Part shown: positions 9,587 through 20,544 of the stretch, one piece after another
How the letters are laid out: every line of letters begins with the position of its first letter
Numbering within the stretch: the stretch's first letter is position 1
Virus record (IMG/VR): IMGVR_UViG_3300023179_000146
Span: 1-52,520 of that record
Strand: one strand, 5' to 3'
DNA length: 52,520 nucleotides
Source: a virus
Taxonomy: Duplodnaviria > Caudoviricetes
The notes under the pieces: model-generated
Seen by the model: the letters and a program-made list of their open reading frames with translations, nothing else
What the model was told of the DNA's origin: nothing
Database searches by the model: none
Position numbers and translations under genes: made by a program

Positions 9587-9964
9587 ATGGCAGAATTTGA
9601 CTTTAGAGATTTTTATATTGGATATGAAGGACATCCAAGATTTACGATTAACAAAATCATTACTGATGATATAATTAGAGTAATTGTTCAAAAATATGAA
9701 ATGATACTTTTTACAAACAAAGGTGAATTACTTGGTGATCCAGATTTTGGATGTGATTTGACAAAACTTTTATATGAAACAAAAATATCAGCCGAAGCAG
9801 TAAAAGCAACAATAATTGGTCAAATAAACGCTTACATAAGTGAATTACAAGAAACAAATTTTACATTAGATGTAACATTCCAACAAGATCCTGAAAATTA
9901 TCAGGATGTTATGATCGTTGATTTTACACTTTTAGACTACGAAGTTAGAGCAATCATTTCTTAA
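9587..9964 (+). CDS. Baseplate wedge / sheath initiator, gp25-like
   Basis: ILFTNKGELLGDPDFGCDLTKLLYE matches the gp25 T..GE....P.FG..L...LFE signature. Confidence 0.85.
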   Translation: MAEFDFRDFYIGYEGHPRFTINKIITDDIIRVIVQKYEMILFTNKGELLGDPDFGCDLTKLLYETKISAEAVKATIIGQINAYISELQETNFTLDVTFQQDPENYQDVMIVDFTLLDYEVRAIIS

Positions 9965-12900
9965 CTTGTGTAAACTATCGGAATTACTGCATTGGTGTAT
10001 TGCTTAGATGTCAAATTGGTGTATGATTCTAATTCCCTTAAATCCAGAATGCCTTTAATTTCATAATTTTTTCTATCTCGATAATGTGAACCATATCCAT
10101 TTTCAGAGGATACTTCTATCACCAAATATGGGTCGATATTAGAATCTATTGTAAAATTGAATGGATAAAGATTGTCAATTCTTCTTCTTTCTGTTATATG
10201 TTGAATTGGAACTAAATCAATTTCTTTCCACTCAGTGATATTCAACCAGTTGCTTCCAGCTGTTCCACTATCTAAATACGGTGTTACAACTGAAGCCGTA
10301 GAAGCAGTTCCAAATCCATAACTTGTGAAGATATAAAATTCTCTTTGATATTTCACTATATCAGAAACATTGTAAACATTACCTTTAGACCATTCAGAAA
10401 TGTTCTCATACTTTCTTGGATTGTTAGTTTTATTATTATCAATAAAAGATTCATATAACTTATCATAGTAAATAACCTTATCACCAATCATGTAATTTTT
10501 GAAAGCATACCACTCTCTATAAATTTGATAGGTTGTTACATCAACAGTGTAATAATCGGGTAGAGTAGATTGTGTTATTCCAGGATATCTTGAAGGAACA
10601 TCTGTTGGAAAATAAAAATCTAATACACAATTATAAACAGTAGAACCATTATTCACCGGCATCAAATACAATTCATTCATTTTGAATGAAACAGGAGTAA
10701 AATTTTCATAGTGCTTAATAATATTAACATCTCTTACTATGTGTGAAATCGTTGATACACCCTGAAAGTCTGCTCTTCCAGTAATATCTAAAATTTTATG
10801 AGTTATAGGTATAATATTTTTCTGTAACCAATATTTCAAACCTTGAAGTTTTTTCTGAACCTCTTCTAAAGTATAAGTCAAAATATTATTACCTTCTCTA
10901 TCCGTAATTCTGTATGTCAAATTAAATAAGTTGGTATCATCATAATTCGGATTCGGAAAAGTATGCTTTATAAAATCATTTTCTTTCCAACCTTCAACTG
11001 TATTATCGAAAATATCTGGTATTTCAACTTTAAATAATTTAAAATAATTTGGAGATTCAATGTTAATATTTCGATAATATTCATATAATTCTAAATCATT
11101 ATAACCAAAATAATTAATAGCGTTTATAATTGACTTATAACTACCAATGTATGGATAAATTATATTTTTCATCATCAACATTTCTTTTCGTTTACGATTC
11201 AAATAAACCCAATCAATACCCTCTTCTTTAATATCATACTCTTTGAAAATATAAACATCATCAGATGAAACCAATTTACCAACATTACCCAATTCTGTTT
11301 TGAATCGAATATCTTCGATTTCAGTTTGACCATAAACATTAAATCTTCCAATCTCTTTATCCCAAACTTTAAATCTAACTGAAAGATAAGTTGTTTGGCC
11401 AATCTTAGGATAGTCTGAAATTATAGTAGATTCTTGAGTAAATTCGTCAATTTGTTTGAAGAAATCTACAACAATTGATTTGAAGTTTATTGCTCGTATT
11501 TTAACTAAATAACCATTATTCTTAGAAATATATTGTTTTTTTGTATTGCTTTCATCTTTGATAAATAAAGCTAATTGTTGACCCACTTTCAAACCTCTTA
11601 TATTACCATTTGAGTAATTTAAAAAATTACTCACTGAGTTTACATCAAGCGAAATCACACCATATCTATCAGTCAATGTAGTTATTGTTTGAAAAGTTAT
11701 TATATCAGATTGAGATATTGAAGTATTAATAGTAAAATCAATCGATTCTTTCTTGTAAAGTTGCAATATACTTCTCAAACCACCTTCGATTTGTGCGTTA
11801 AATCCAATATAACACTCAATTGGTTCGGGCACTATTGACAAATCATCATTATCATCTAAATAACTTAGTTCATTTTCGATAAGTGGGAATATAGTCTGTT
11901 GATACTCTGGTAAACTAACTCTATCTAAACTTCTATTAGCACTTCTATTCAAATGAATGGTAGTCAAAGGTTTAGGACCAGTATATGCTAAAACACCAGT
12001 TGTTGGTAATAAATCACCACTAAAATCATACATAAAAAACTCTGGTATATTGTCTGAAAACCATTTCCAATAAAGTGAAACTCTAACGTCTCCATTAAAG
12101 TTTTCTCTTGGTCTTCTGATAAAATCTCTTGTATGTAACCACAAATAATCTCTATTGTTAAAATTAGGATCTAAACTTCCATAGAAATTCTGAGTGACTG
12201 AAGATGATGTAGATGAAATTGGAACAAATGAAAATAATAAACTCGGAACTACTTCAACTATTGTATTAGTATTTGGTTGAATAGCCCAAATCGAGTTTCT
12301 ATCAGGATCAGAAATAATCTGAGTAGTTGGATCAGATAGTACAACTGAGTTAAACTGTGTTCCAGTTTGAGCATTGTAAGTCCAGATACCAAATGGACTA
12401 CCCTGATTAGAAATGTAAATATCACCATCATAGTTATTATAAGCTTGAAATCCATAAATAAAAGGCGTTGATATTGCATATACAGCTGAATCTGTCGTAG
12501 TGTCCCATAAACTAAATTGATCAGGAACATTAGTCGATAAATGGATACTTGATAAAACTGGATTAAATGCTAAATAATTTGAAGTTCCGGCCGGTGCTGA
12601 AAGTAAAGTAACAACTCCAGCATCTATTTTATAAAGATTAGAAGAACTCCAAATATAAACACCTTCTGTTACGGGATCATAAATGATAGGATCATCTGTA
12701 AGTCCAGAAATAGTGTAAGTTGTAAATGTAAGTGTACCACCGTCTATTCTCAAAACTGTTGAGTTATCTCGACAAGTTACATACATATCACCTTCGAAAT
12801 CATTAAATGCTAAATTCCAACTTCCATTATAAGCAATTGTTGAGATAGATATAACCAATAATCCTAAATTAAAAATCTCAACCGACTGATCAGTTGTAAC

Positions 12901-15777
12901 ATAAACATACCCTGTATTTCTGTCGAAATCCAAAGAATAAGCATTTTGTGTGATAGCAATTTGACTAATAACTGTGTTTGAGAATGGATCTATTTGCCAA
13001 AGTAAATTTTGAGAAAGAGCCCAAACGAAATTATCAACTGAATTATAAATTATCTGAATACTATTTGTATTTGATGGTAAATTTATATTAGTTATCAAAT
13101 TACCAGTAGTAGAATCATAAACAGCCACATTGTCACCGAAAACAAAAATAGAACCAGATGATTGAACATAAATTAAATCTACCATATTGGAAATACCAGT
13201 AAATGTATTCACACTATAAGAGGCAGATGTAACATTAACTAAATTGAAAGCCGAACTGAATTGTTGTAAATTAAACATACCACCATTACCAGTAGGACCA
13301 GGAGGACAACCAGATTGAGAAAATCCAAGTGAGAATGCAACGACAGTGAACGGAGATAGTGAACACACACCACCAGTCAATCCCCAGAAAGGCCCCTCAT
13401 AACTCAAATTAATTACACCAGGATCCAAATAAAGAACATTAAATTCTACATCTTGTAGTGGATAGACTGTACCATTGATACCAGTAACCATACCAGTTGA
13501 AAAACCAGCACTTTCTAATTGATTAGTACTAGAGTATGTTGCTAATAGAATCTCATTCGATGTTAAAAGAGTCCCATGATTTCCCAACATTTTATCAACT
13601 ACATTCCAGTTGAAATCACCGGGTAGAACTGAAACACCCGCTCTAACCTCAACATCACATCTTTGATTCTGTTTTTTTACATGAAATTTGATACTCGATG
13701 CCAAATTGTCAACATAAATACCATAATTATCTAATATATCAGAATACTCATCTACCCAATTCTGAAGTGTGGTAGAAAGAGTAGATGTAAAAGTTGGAGC
13801 TTGTGGTAAAGTATGAGATATACCATAAGATCTATTATTAACTCGTATATCAATATAGTTTCCCAAACTTGAAGTCATGCCCTGAATAGATGGTTCATAG
13901 AAAAATAAATGTGATTTCTCAATATGAAAATCAGCAGTTGTTCCAACTTTGACTTCAAATTGTAAAGGCACATTCGGATATTCCGTTGATAGATTGATTG
14001 AGTTATAGTATGGTGAAACTACATCTATTGTTTGTAGAGTCGGAACAATACCTAATGATAGTAATATGACACTATGATATGTCATCCAACTCCTCAAAGT
14101 TTTATCGATTGTTCTTTCTAAATCTACTACACCAGATGTATAAACCCATCTTATTTCAGTTTGATAGACTTCTTTGTTAATTACTATTATAAATCCATAT
14201 TCATCTAAATCTGTGAAAACTATATTATAAGAAAAGTTTTGACTGAAATCATAATTAAATTCTCTTTTTAGATTTTCTTCTACTTCGATAGCTCTTTCAA
14301 CTACCCATTTCTGTGTTCCCAAAGATAATGATGATGTCGGTGAAAAAGATGAGGTTACACCAAAATAATTGACAATCGCATATCTTGATGGATAAATCAA
14401 ATCAGCATGAATCGCACCACTTTCATAATATAAATCTATATTCAGAACTGATAAATCAGAGGCAAATTTCTCAGCGGCAGATGCTAGAGTCACACTAGAT
14501 GACATAGTAAATGACTGTGAAAAATAAAGTCTATCAGTAGTCAAATATAAATCTGCCGTAAGTGATTCAAAAACTGGCGATTCAGCCAATGGAAGATAAG
14601 TTGGATTGCCCCAATATGTTGTATTGTCTGGTGTTATAGATGAAGTGACAGTCCAAACGTGAGTTTGGAGACATTGTTTTATTTTATTATCCCAAATAAC
14701 CTGAGTACCAGCCTCGTAAGTAATAAGATTCGCATTTCCAACAAAAGTAGGAATACTATCAACATTAAAAAATTGTGAAGCATTAAGTGAAGGTGGCACA
14801 CTCACAACCTTAAACTCAACACCTGGTTTGAAAATTGTTGGTATAGGAAGAACGTTTAAATCTAAAACATTCACATAGTTATATGTAATTGAAGTAATCG
14901 GATCTGTTATAATCAATGGAGTTGTTGAGTCATAGAATGTCATAGAACCACTATAAACTTCAGGCAAATCTGTTCTCATAAGAACTTCAATCCATAAATC
15001 ATGGTTCACTGGCAACGTTGAAGTAAAATATTCATAATGGTCAATATCATAAATATTTTCATTTTTTACCGTGACAACAGTTACATCAATAAACTTATTA
15101 GTTTTAGCATATAAATCATTCTTTATTGAGTTTACTATGTTAAGTTTTCTATCTTTATACAATCGGTTGTAGAAATCTTTTTCATTCCAAATAGAAAGAT
15201 TTTCCACCAGAGTAGATGAACTAACATAATTATAAATCCCAATTATATCAACTGAAGAAATTGTTTTACCAACATAGTTAGTCAAAGTCTGCCACGAATA
15301 TGAAGTATTAAATGTTCGGTTATCGACCATGCTAATAATCAAAACGGCATTCTTTTTATTACCGACGACTACAAAAGTCCTATCAGTATTTGTGAACTCA
15401 AAAATAGATGAGTCAAATCTTAATAATGTACCGAGTGGAAACTTTTTATGAAAATTTTCACCATAAATCCATTTTGAATAAAAGTTAGATTCAAAATTCA
15501 CTGGCTCGATTAAATCAATCTGTTGATTCGTGTATTCAGAGTTATAAAAGTGAAATCCAAATTCATTAAATAACTGCCATCTCAAAAGTGTCAAATCAGC
15601 TTGATTCTCATATTCGAACGCTTTAATCTTCTCAAACATATATAATGCTTGAGTTTTAAACGTATCATTTGAGTTCTCATGAAATAAGATGTCACCTTCA
15701 TATCTTTCAAGTGTTTCATTATAATTAAAATTCAGTGCATTACCTTCTTTATCGTAAAAAATCAACGAATTATTCAT
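9961..15777 (-). CDS. Very large baseplate / receptor-binding structural protein (1938 aa)
   Basis: Central S/T-rich beta-propeller-like repeats, IGSYKSIINAINYFGY wedge-like motif, and W....Y..(G/S)D.V.Y CBM5/12-like motifs; convergent with gp25. Confidence 0.65.
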   Translation of the reverse strand: MNNSLIFYDKEGNALNFNYNETLERYEGDILFHENSNDTFKTQALYMFEKIKAFEYENQADLTLLRWQLFNEFGFHFYNSEYTNQQIDLIEPVNFESNFYSKWIYGENFHKKFPLGTLLRFDSSIFEFTNTDRTFVVVGNKKNAVLIISMVDNRTFNTSYSWQTLTNYVGKTISSVDIIGIYNYVSSSTLVENLSIWNEKDFYNRLYKDRKLNIVNSIKNDLYAKTNKFIDVTVVTVKNENIYDIDHYEYFTSTLPVNHDLWIEVLMRTDLPEVYSGSMTFYDSTTPLIITDPITSITYNYVNVLDLNVLPIPTIFKPGVEFKVVSVPPSLNASQFFNVDSIPTFVGNANLITYEAGTQVIWDNKIKQCLQTHVWTVTSSITPDNTTYWGNPTYLPLAESPVFESLTADLYLTTDRLYFSQSFTMSSSVTLASAAEKFASDLSVLNIDLYYESGAIHADLIYPSRYAIVNYFGVTSSFSPTSSLSLGTQKWVVERAIEVEENLKREFNYDFSQNFSYNIVFTDLDEYGFIIVINKEVYQTEIRWVYTSGVVDLERTIDKTLRSWMTYHSVILLSLGIVPTLQTIDVVSPYYNSINLSTEYPNVPLQFEVKVGTTADFHIEKSHLFFYEPSIQGMTSSLGNYIDIRVNNRSYGISHTLPQAPTFTSTLSTTLQNWVDEYSDILDNYGIYVDNLASSIKFHVKKQNQRCDVEVRAGVSVLPGDFNWNVVDKMLGNHGTLLTSNEILLATYSSTNQLESAGFSTGMVTGINGTVYPLQDVEFNVLYLDPGVINLSYEGPFWGLTGGVCSLSPFTVVAFSLGFSQSGCPPGPTGNGGMFNLQQFSSAFNLVNVTSASYSVNTFTGISNMVDLIYVQSSGSIFVFGDNVAVYDSTTGNLITNINLPSNTNSIQIIYNSVDNFVWALSQNLLWQIDPFSNTVISQIAITQNAYSLDFDRNTGYVYVTTDQSVEIFNLGLLVISISTIAYNGSWNLAFNDFEGDMYVTCRDNSTVLRIDGGTLTFTTYTISGLTDDPIIYDPVTEGVYIWSSSNLYKIDAGVVTLLSAPAGTSNYLAFNPVLSSIHLSTNVPDQFSLWDTTTDSAVYAISTPFIYGFQAYNNYDGDIYISNQGSPFGIWTYNAQTGTQFNSVVLSDPTTQIISDPDRNSIWAIQPNTNTIVEVVPSLLFSFVPISSTSSSVTQNFYGSLDPNFNNRDYLWLHTRDFIRRPRENFNGDVRVSLYWKWFSDNIPEFFMYDFSGDLLPTTGVLAYTGPKPLTTIHLNRSANRSLDRVSLPEYQQTIFPLIENELSYLDDNDDLSIVPEPIECYIGFNAQIEGGLRSILQLYKKESIDFTINTSISQSDIITFQTITTLTDRYGVISLDVNSVSNFLNYSNGNIRGLKVGQQLALFIKDESNTKKQYISKNNGYLVKIRAINFKSIVVDFFKQIDEFTQESTIISDYPKIGQTTYLSVRFKVWDKEIGRFNVYGQTEIEDIRFKTELGNVGKLVSSDDVYIFKEYDIKEEGIDWVYLNRKRKEMLMMKNIIYPYIGSYKSIINAINYFGYNDLELYEYYRNINIESPNYFKLFKVEIPDIFDNTVEGWKENDFIKHTFPNPNYDDTNLFNLTYRITDREGNNILTYTLEEVQKKLQGLKYWLQKNIIPITHKILDITGRADFQGVSTISHIVRDVNIIKHYENFTPVSFKMNELYLMPVNNGSTVYNCVLDFYFPTDVPSRYPGITQSTLPDYYTVDVTTYQIYREWYAFKNYMIGDKVIYYDKLYESFIDNNKTNNPRKYENISEWSKGNVYNVSDIVKYQREFYIFTSYGFGTASTASVVTPYLDSGTAGSNWLNITEWKEIDLVPIQHITERRRIDNLYPFNFTIDSNIDPYLVIEVSSENGYGSHYRDRKNYEIKGILDLRELESYTNLTSKQYTNAVIPIVYTS

Positions 15778-16468
15778 ATTTATTACTTTTTTTTAGATTA
15801 TCAGAAGCCCATAGTGGTTGTAAATTACTCAGAGAGTTTATTACATCAATAGGGACATCGCTGGAAAATTTAGACAATGGCTTTATATGGTCTATGTGCC
15901 AATCTCCATAATTTTCCCAAGTCATACCTTCTATGAATAAAGATTCTAAATATATTTTGAGATCCAATGATGAATAACCCAATAAATTTTTAGTTGATTC
16001 TGTCTTATCACTTCCAATATAAGAAAGAGTTCTTTTTAAGATATTTCTACAAGCGAATGAATACGGATATTTTTGATAAAATTTTCTCATATACTCTCTA
16101 CGAGAAATAATATATCTACTATTGAATTTTATCAAATTATAATATAATTTTCGTTGTTGTAAAATATGTTCCCTATTTCTAACATAGTAGTCAAATTTCT
16201 GAGCTAAAACATCATCTTTATTTTGTAAATACCAATCCTTTCTATATTTTAATAGATTTAACTTATTATCCTCGTAATATTTTTTTTGATAATCACTATT
16301 CTTATCAGACCATTTTTTTTTGTAAATTTTCATTTTATCAACATTTTCAATTCTCCACTTTCGTTTTGCATCATTTCTGCAATCTTTACACCAAGAATCC
16401 AGTCTATTTTTGATGATTTTAAAATTTTCTTCATTTTTTTCAATTCTACATGAGCTACAACACTTCAT
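15770..16468 (-). CDS. HNH-family homing endonuclease
   Basis: N-terminal CxxC...WCKDC, K/Y-rich helical repeats, GMTWENYGDWHIDHIKP and NLQPLWASDNLKKSNK. Confidence 0.85.
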   Translation of the reverse strand: MKCCSSCRIEKNEENFKIIKNRLDSWCKDCRNDAKRKWRIENVDKMKIYKKKWSDKNSDYQKKYYEDNKLNLLKYRKDWYLQNKDDVLAQKFDYYVRNREHILQQRKLYYNLIKFNSRYIISRREYMRKFYQKYPYSFACRNILKRTLSYIGSDKTESTKNLLGYSSLDLKIYLESLFIEGMTWENYGDWHIDHIKPLSKFSSDVPIDVINSLSNLQPLWASDNLKKSNKYE

Positions 16469-16548
16469 AATAATCGAATTTTATTTTATATATAAAATAT
16501 CTAATTCTTGATAAGGATTTTAATATATAAAAAAACTAATTCCAATTT

Positions 16549-17229
16549 ATGAAAGAAGAATCAAAAGACCTACAAAAACACGGAGGTATAAATATCAAAG
16601 ATTTTACACCTGAAAAAGGATATCTACCTATTGTCGATTTGGAAGAAAAAGATGCTGACTTAAAGACTGTTAAAAAGTTTTCTGATTTTGGCTTTAATCC
16701 ATCGGAAAATCTAAAATTCCATTTAGAGAACAAACTATCTGTATTAGATAACGTTTTTAGACCTGGGTCTCAAGCATTTTATGAACTTTTGAGTGAATCA
16801 AAAAAATTTACCGATTTATTAAGTGAAACTGACAAAGAACTATTTGAATCAACAGATATCGGCGAATTTGTCATGTATGAAGGTGAGATGGTTCCACTCG
16901 ATTTACCGATCGAAGAAATTGAAGAAATAAATGAGTCTGAATACCAAGGTAAAAAAGTAAAACTAAACTATCCGATGAGAAGTTCTGGTCCCAAGAAATA
17001 TAAAGTTTATGTAAGGAATCCTAAAAGTGGCAAAGTCATGAAAGTTAATTTTGGAGATGTCTCAGGTGGTCTGAGTGCCAAAGTGAGTGACCCTAAAGCT
17101 AGAAAGTCTTTTGCAGCACGACATCAATGCCACTTGAAAAAAGATAAAACTAAACCTGGATACTGGGCTTGTAGAGCTAATAGATATGGACACTTGTGGG
17201 GTGGAAAAACTTATCCTGGTTATTGGTAA
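16549..17229 (+). CDS. Hypothetical protein with basic C-terminal domain (RKSFAARHQC...GYWAC)
   Basis: TAATATATA at 16521-16529. Acidic N-half ends at INE, followed by a basic Cys/His domain; internal KTVKKFSDF tag-like motif. Confidence 0.7.
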   Translation: MKEESKDLQKHGGINIKDFTPEKGYLPIVDLEEKDADLKTVKKFSDFGFNPSENLKFHLENKLSVLDNVFRPGSQAFYELLSESKKFTDLLSETDKELFESTDIGEFVMYEGEMVPLDLPIEEIEEINESEYQGKKVKLNYPMRSSGPKKYKVYVRNPKSGKVMKVNFGDVSGGLSAKVSDPKARKSFAARHQCHLKKDKTKPGYWACRANRYGHLWGGKTYPGYW

Positions 17230-17230
17230 T

Positions 17231-17788
17231 ATGAAACATTTAAAAACGTATAACATATTCGAAAATACTAATATAAAAGTTAGTATTAAAAAAATACCTT
17301 ATATAACAAAAGTATGGAAAGGTGTCGGCAAGACCGAAACCATCTCTGGTAGTAGTGAAATAATTGATATCACCGGAAGAAAAATAATTCTACTTGATAT
17401 AAATGGTGTTAATTGTCCATTTTATCTAAGTAGCGGAGCTGCTGGTAAAAAAGACGTACCAGCTGGAAAATGGTATCCTTTCTTTGGCATTAGTTCTGAT
17501 GGTTGGATAAATAAAGGTTCCAGTCAACAAATCAATTCTTATTATGGAATTGACCTCCTAAAATACTATGGTCAGTATTTAGATAAGACAATAGGCGATG
17601 TTCGTAACAAGGAGTATCCAAAAGCAGCGGGTTCTTCAGCTACTGAAGAAAATAAAAATTGGCCTCACATCAAAGCTATCAACAAAGATTTAATTCCAGC
17701 TGTAAACGAGTTGAGTGATTCTAAAGAAAAGTTTAATCAAAATATAGAACAATGGAAACAAAAACTAAGACAAGCTTTTCAAAAGTAA
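17231..17788 (+). CDS. Tagged hypothetical protein (MKHLKTYNIFE) with PFYxSSG...WYPFFGI...GWINKG domain
   Basis: Likely start ATG 17231, right after the upstream TAA; the ORF-track start is probably over-extended. Confidence 0.7.
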   Translation: MKHLKTYNIFENTNIKVSIKKIPYITKVWKGVGKTETISGSSEIIDITGRKIILLDINGVNCPFYLSSGAAGKKDVPAGKWYPFFGISSDGWINKGSSQQINSYYGIDLLKYYGQYLDKTIGDVRNKEYPKAAGSSATEENKNWPHIKAINKDLIPAVNELSDSKEKFNQNIEQWKQKLRQAFQK

Positions 17789-18048
17789 TGTTGCCTTTCA
17801 TAGAAGAAAAAATTGGCGAAAATCTATTCATTAGAACCTTTAAACAAGAAACCGAGTCTGGTGAATTCATGTGGCACCGTGATTACGAGGACCGTATAAT
17901 AGAATCCATTGAAGAAACTGATTGGGGATTTCAATTAGATAATCAACTACCTATTCATATTTCTGGTAAAATATATATACCTAAAGGAGTTTATCATCGT
18001 CTAATCAAAGGCAGTGGAGACTTGATAATAAAATTAGAGAAATTGTGA
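17788..18048 (+). CDS. Small cupin-like protein
   Basis: TAATG stop/start coupling at 17786-17790; WHRDYEDR and IYIPKGVYHRLIKG cupin-type His motifs. Confidence 0.7.
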   Translation: MLPFIEEKIGENLFIRTFKQETESGEFMWHRDYEDRIIESIEETDWGFQLDNQLPIHISGKIYIPKGVYHRLIKGSGDLIIKLEKL

Positions 18049-18551
18049 AACATCTAAGAAAATACAACGAAGCTTTTGGTCAAGAGTGTTCATTTGAAGA
18101 TTTCAAAGATATTATGCTTGATATTTTAGATGATTTGAATTTTAACTATGAATTTAAAGACTACACAGATACTTCCTTTTACGATTGCACAATTTACGTT
18201 GAAGGCAAAGAAGAATATCAATTACACGATGATATACCACCAATGAACATAAACTTTCTCGATTTTAGACAAGATGGTTTACTGCCACCATATGATGGTC
18301 CAGAAGAAATAACAAACAATGGAATTGATGATTGCATTGAATCAATCAATCAAAATCTAAGTGAATTAGAAACTTTAAAGAATAACTTAGATAGCATAAT
18401 AAAATATCAAAAAGATTGTTCAAAATTGTTTGAATCTATAAAAACTATAAATAAGAGACTATTAGGTTTTTCTAATTGTGAACATTGTGCAATTGGATTC
18501 AATGAGGGAGAATTAAGAATAACATTTGAAATTAAAGATGAAGAAGATTAA
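18045..18551 (+). CDS. Tagged acidic hypothetical protein (MKHLRKYNE)
   Basis: GTG start overlapping the upstream TGA (GTGA); 168 aa. Confidence 0.7.
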   Translation: MKHLRKYNEAFGQECSFEDFKDIMLDILDDLNFNYEFKDYTDTSFYDCTIYVEGKEEYQLHDDIPPMNINFLDFRQDGLLPPYDGPEEITNNGIDDCIESINQNLSELETLKNNLDSIIKYQKDCSKLFESIKTINKRLLGFSNCEHCAIGFNEGELRITFEIKDEED

Positions 18552-19401
18552 ATCATTCAATAACTTTATTAATGAAAAGTTAGGAGTATTATCAGGTCTT
18601 GAAGAAATGGCTGATGTTATTCTAAAAGAGCTTAGTGATAAAAATTACTTTAAATACAAGACACGATATTTAGATAAAGATATTACTATTCACTGTTTCA
18701 AAAGCAAAGATAGTGATATTTATAAAGAACTTTCAGGTAGTTTCAGTGTTGATGACTCCGAAAAATTTGAATTCACAATCAAAATATCAGATTTATCTAA
18801 AAGTACACTAATTCACGAATTGAAGCATTTAGACAGGACTATTCGCAGAGGAATGAAAACAGATACTTATTATTATATTAATCACATTGGTAGATATGTA
18901 GCTAAACAATATGGACATCTTTTCACAAATAAAGATAATGCTGAGATCCTTATCGAAACTTTCTATTATTGCAACCCAGATGAGTTTGAGGCATATTATC
19001 AAAATATCTATCAAGATATTAAAGACCTGATGTTCGAAGGAATGACTAGAGAAGAAAAAATTGAAACTATTAAAGGCGTAATTGAAAATGAAGAAATCTA
19101 CACATTTTTTAAACATTATTACAATAATCAATTTAGACTAGAAGACTTTTTCAAAACAAAAGAAGATTGTAACTTTTTTTTAAAAGATTTTATTTATAGA
19201 CAAGAACTATTTTTCAATCAACAGGATGATACAATATCAAACTTAGACAAAATAAAAAGTTGGTTTAAATCTAATATACTTAATAAGTTCACAAAAGATG
19301 AAAAGATAAATCCTGGGGTAAAAGAATTGAACTATTATATCAATAAAATAGTTAAGAGAAATTATCCTAAGTTTGGCAGACTTTATGCCATTTTTATTTA
19401 A
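18538..19401 (+). CDS. Tagged putative zincin metallopeptidase (MKKIKSFNNFINE; HELKH)
   Basis: STLIHELKHL HExxH motif with downstream YYCNPDEFEAY supplying a possible third ligand; likely start ATG 18538. Confidence 0.6.
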   Translation: MKKIKSFNNFINEKLGVLSGLEEMADVILKELSDKNYFKYKTRYLDKDITIHCFKSKDSDIYKELSGSFSVDDSEKFEFTIKISDLSKSTLIHELKHLDRTIRRGMKTDTYYYINHIGRYVAKQYGHLFTNKDNAEILIETFYYCNPDEFEAYYQNIYQDIKDLMFEGMTREEKIETIKGVIENEEIYTFFKHYYNNQFRLEDFFKTKEDCNFFLKDFIYRQELFFNQQDDTISNLDKIKSWFKSNILNKFTKDEKINPGVKELNYYINKIVKRNYPKFGRLYAIFI

Positions 19402-20507
19402 TCATTCTTAACTTTATAACTCTCATTATAAACTCGAATAATCTCATCAAACTCTTTCATCATACCTGATTTAAAATTATCATTAGAATATTTTTGTTCT
19501 AAAATATACTTTCTGATAAACTCTTCATAATCCAACTGAATTGAAACTTGTAACTCCTCTTCAGTCATTTGAGTTGACTTTTCTATTTCTTCTTCAGATT
19601 TGACTATATCATCTAAATATTCAACTGAAGCAAAATTACCAACTTCCAAAAGTGTTTCTAATTTTCTTCTTAGTTTACGATTACTTACCAACAAATTATT
19701 TGATATAGTTAAATCCACATAATCCTTTGAATCTTTTAAATTATCCAACTCATCTATATCAGATTCTTGTTTCACCGTGAATTTCTTGAAAATAGGTGAG
19801 TGTGTATTTGGAATAAAATCAATTTTTCCAGAAATTAAATCAAGAATAGTTATACCTTTTTGGTCACCCATATCATTTCTATCCATCTGATAGGGACTAC
19901 CTATAAATGTAAAGTTTTCGTTAGATTGACGAATATGAATATGTCCACTGAATACGTGCTTATATCCTTTGAACTCAAAAACATCAATCTTATCGGGATT
20001 TCGATGAGCTACAGAGTTAAGGTGCATTCTACAACCATTTAAGTCGGAATGACAGAAAAGATAATCGCCCGGATTATTCTTAATCTCTTTAATCATATCT
20101 AATCTCTTTTCAACCCATGGCATTAAAACTAATTTATTACCAAATATTTCAATAGAAGAAGTTTGTGTATAAACATGAATGTTTTCAACAAAGTTAAAAA
20201 GACGGACCGAATTAACATCATTAGAACCTTTATTCCAAAGATCGTGATTACCAACAATCAAATGTACTGGTAGAATCTTTGATATTTCAGTTAAGATTTT
20301 TTCGGCTTTATAAGAAGCAATAATCGGAATAGATGTTCGATTATCATAAAGGTCACCACAGTGAACCATAATATCACCTGGTTTAACATTTTCTTTTAAG
20401 TAGGGGATGAAGAAGTTAAGAAAGTAATCTTCCATCATATTGAGCCACTTATCTAAGTTATTTACATAAACTCCAAAGTGCCAATCAGTAGTAACAAATA
20501 CTCGCAT
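19398..20507 (-). CDS. Recombination endonuclease subunit, T4 gp47 / Mre11-SbcD family
   Basis: DWHFG, GDLYDNR, GNHD, SGHIH and GSPYQ metallophosphoesterase motifs. Confidence 0.92.
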   Translation of the reverse strand: MRVFVTTDWHFGVYVNNLDKWLNMMEDYFLNFFIPYLKENVKPGDIMVHCGDLYDNRTSIPIIASYKAEKILTEISKILPVHLIVGNHDLWNKGSNDVNSVRLFNFVENIHVYTQTSSIEIFGNKLVLMPWVEKRLDMIKEIKNNPGDYLFCHSDLNGCRMHLNSVAHRNPDKIDVFEFKGYKHVFSGHIHIRQSNENFTFIGSPYQMDRNDMGDQKGITILDLISGKIDFIPNTHSPIFKKFTVKQESDIDELDNLKDSKDYVDLTISNNLLVSNRKLRRKLETLLEVGNFASVEYLDDIVKSEEEIEKSTQMTEEELQVSIQLDYEEFIRKYILEQKYSNDNFKSGMMKEFDEIIRVYNESYKVKND

Positions 20508-20544
20508 TCATAAGAATTGATTTTCAATTTATATCAATAAAAAT

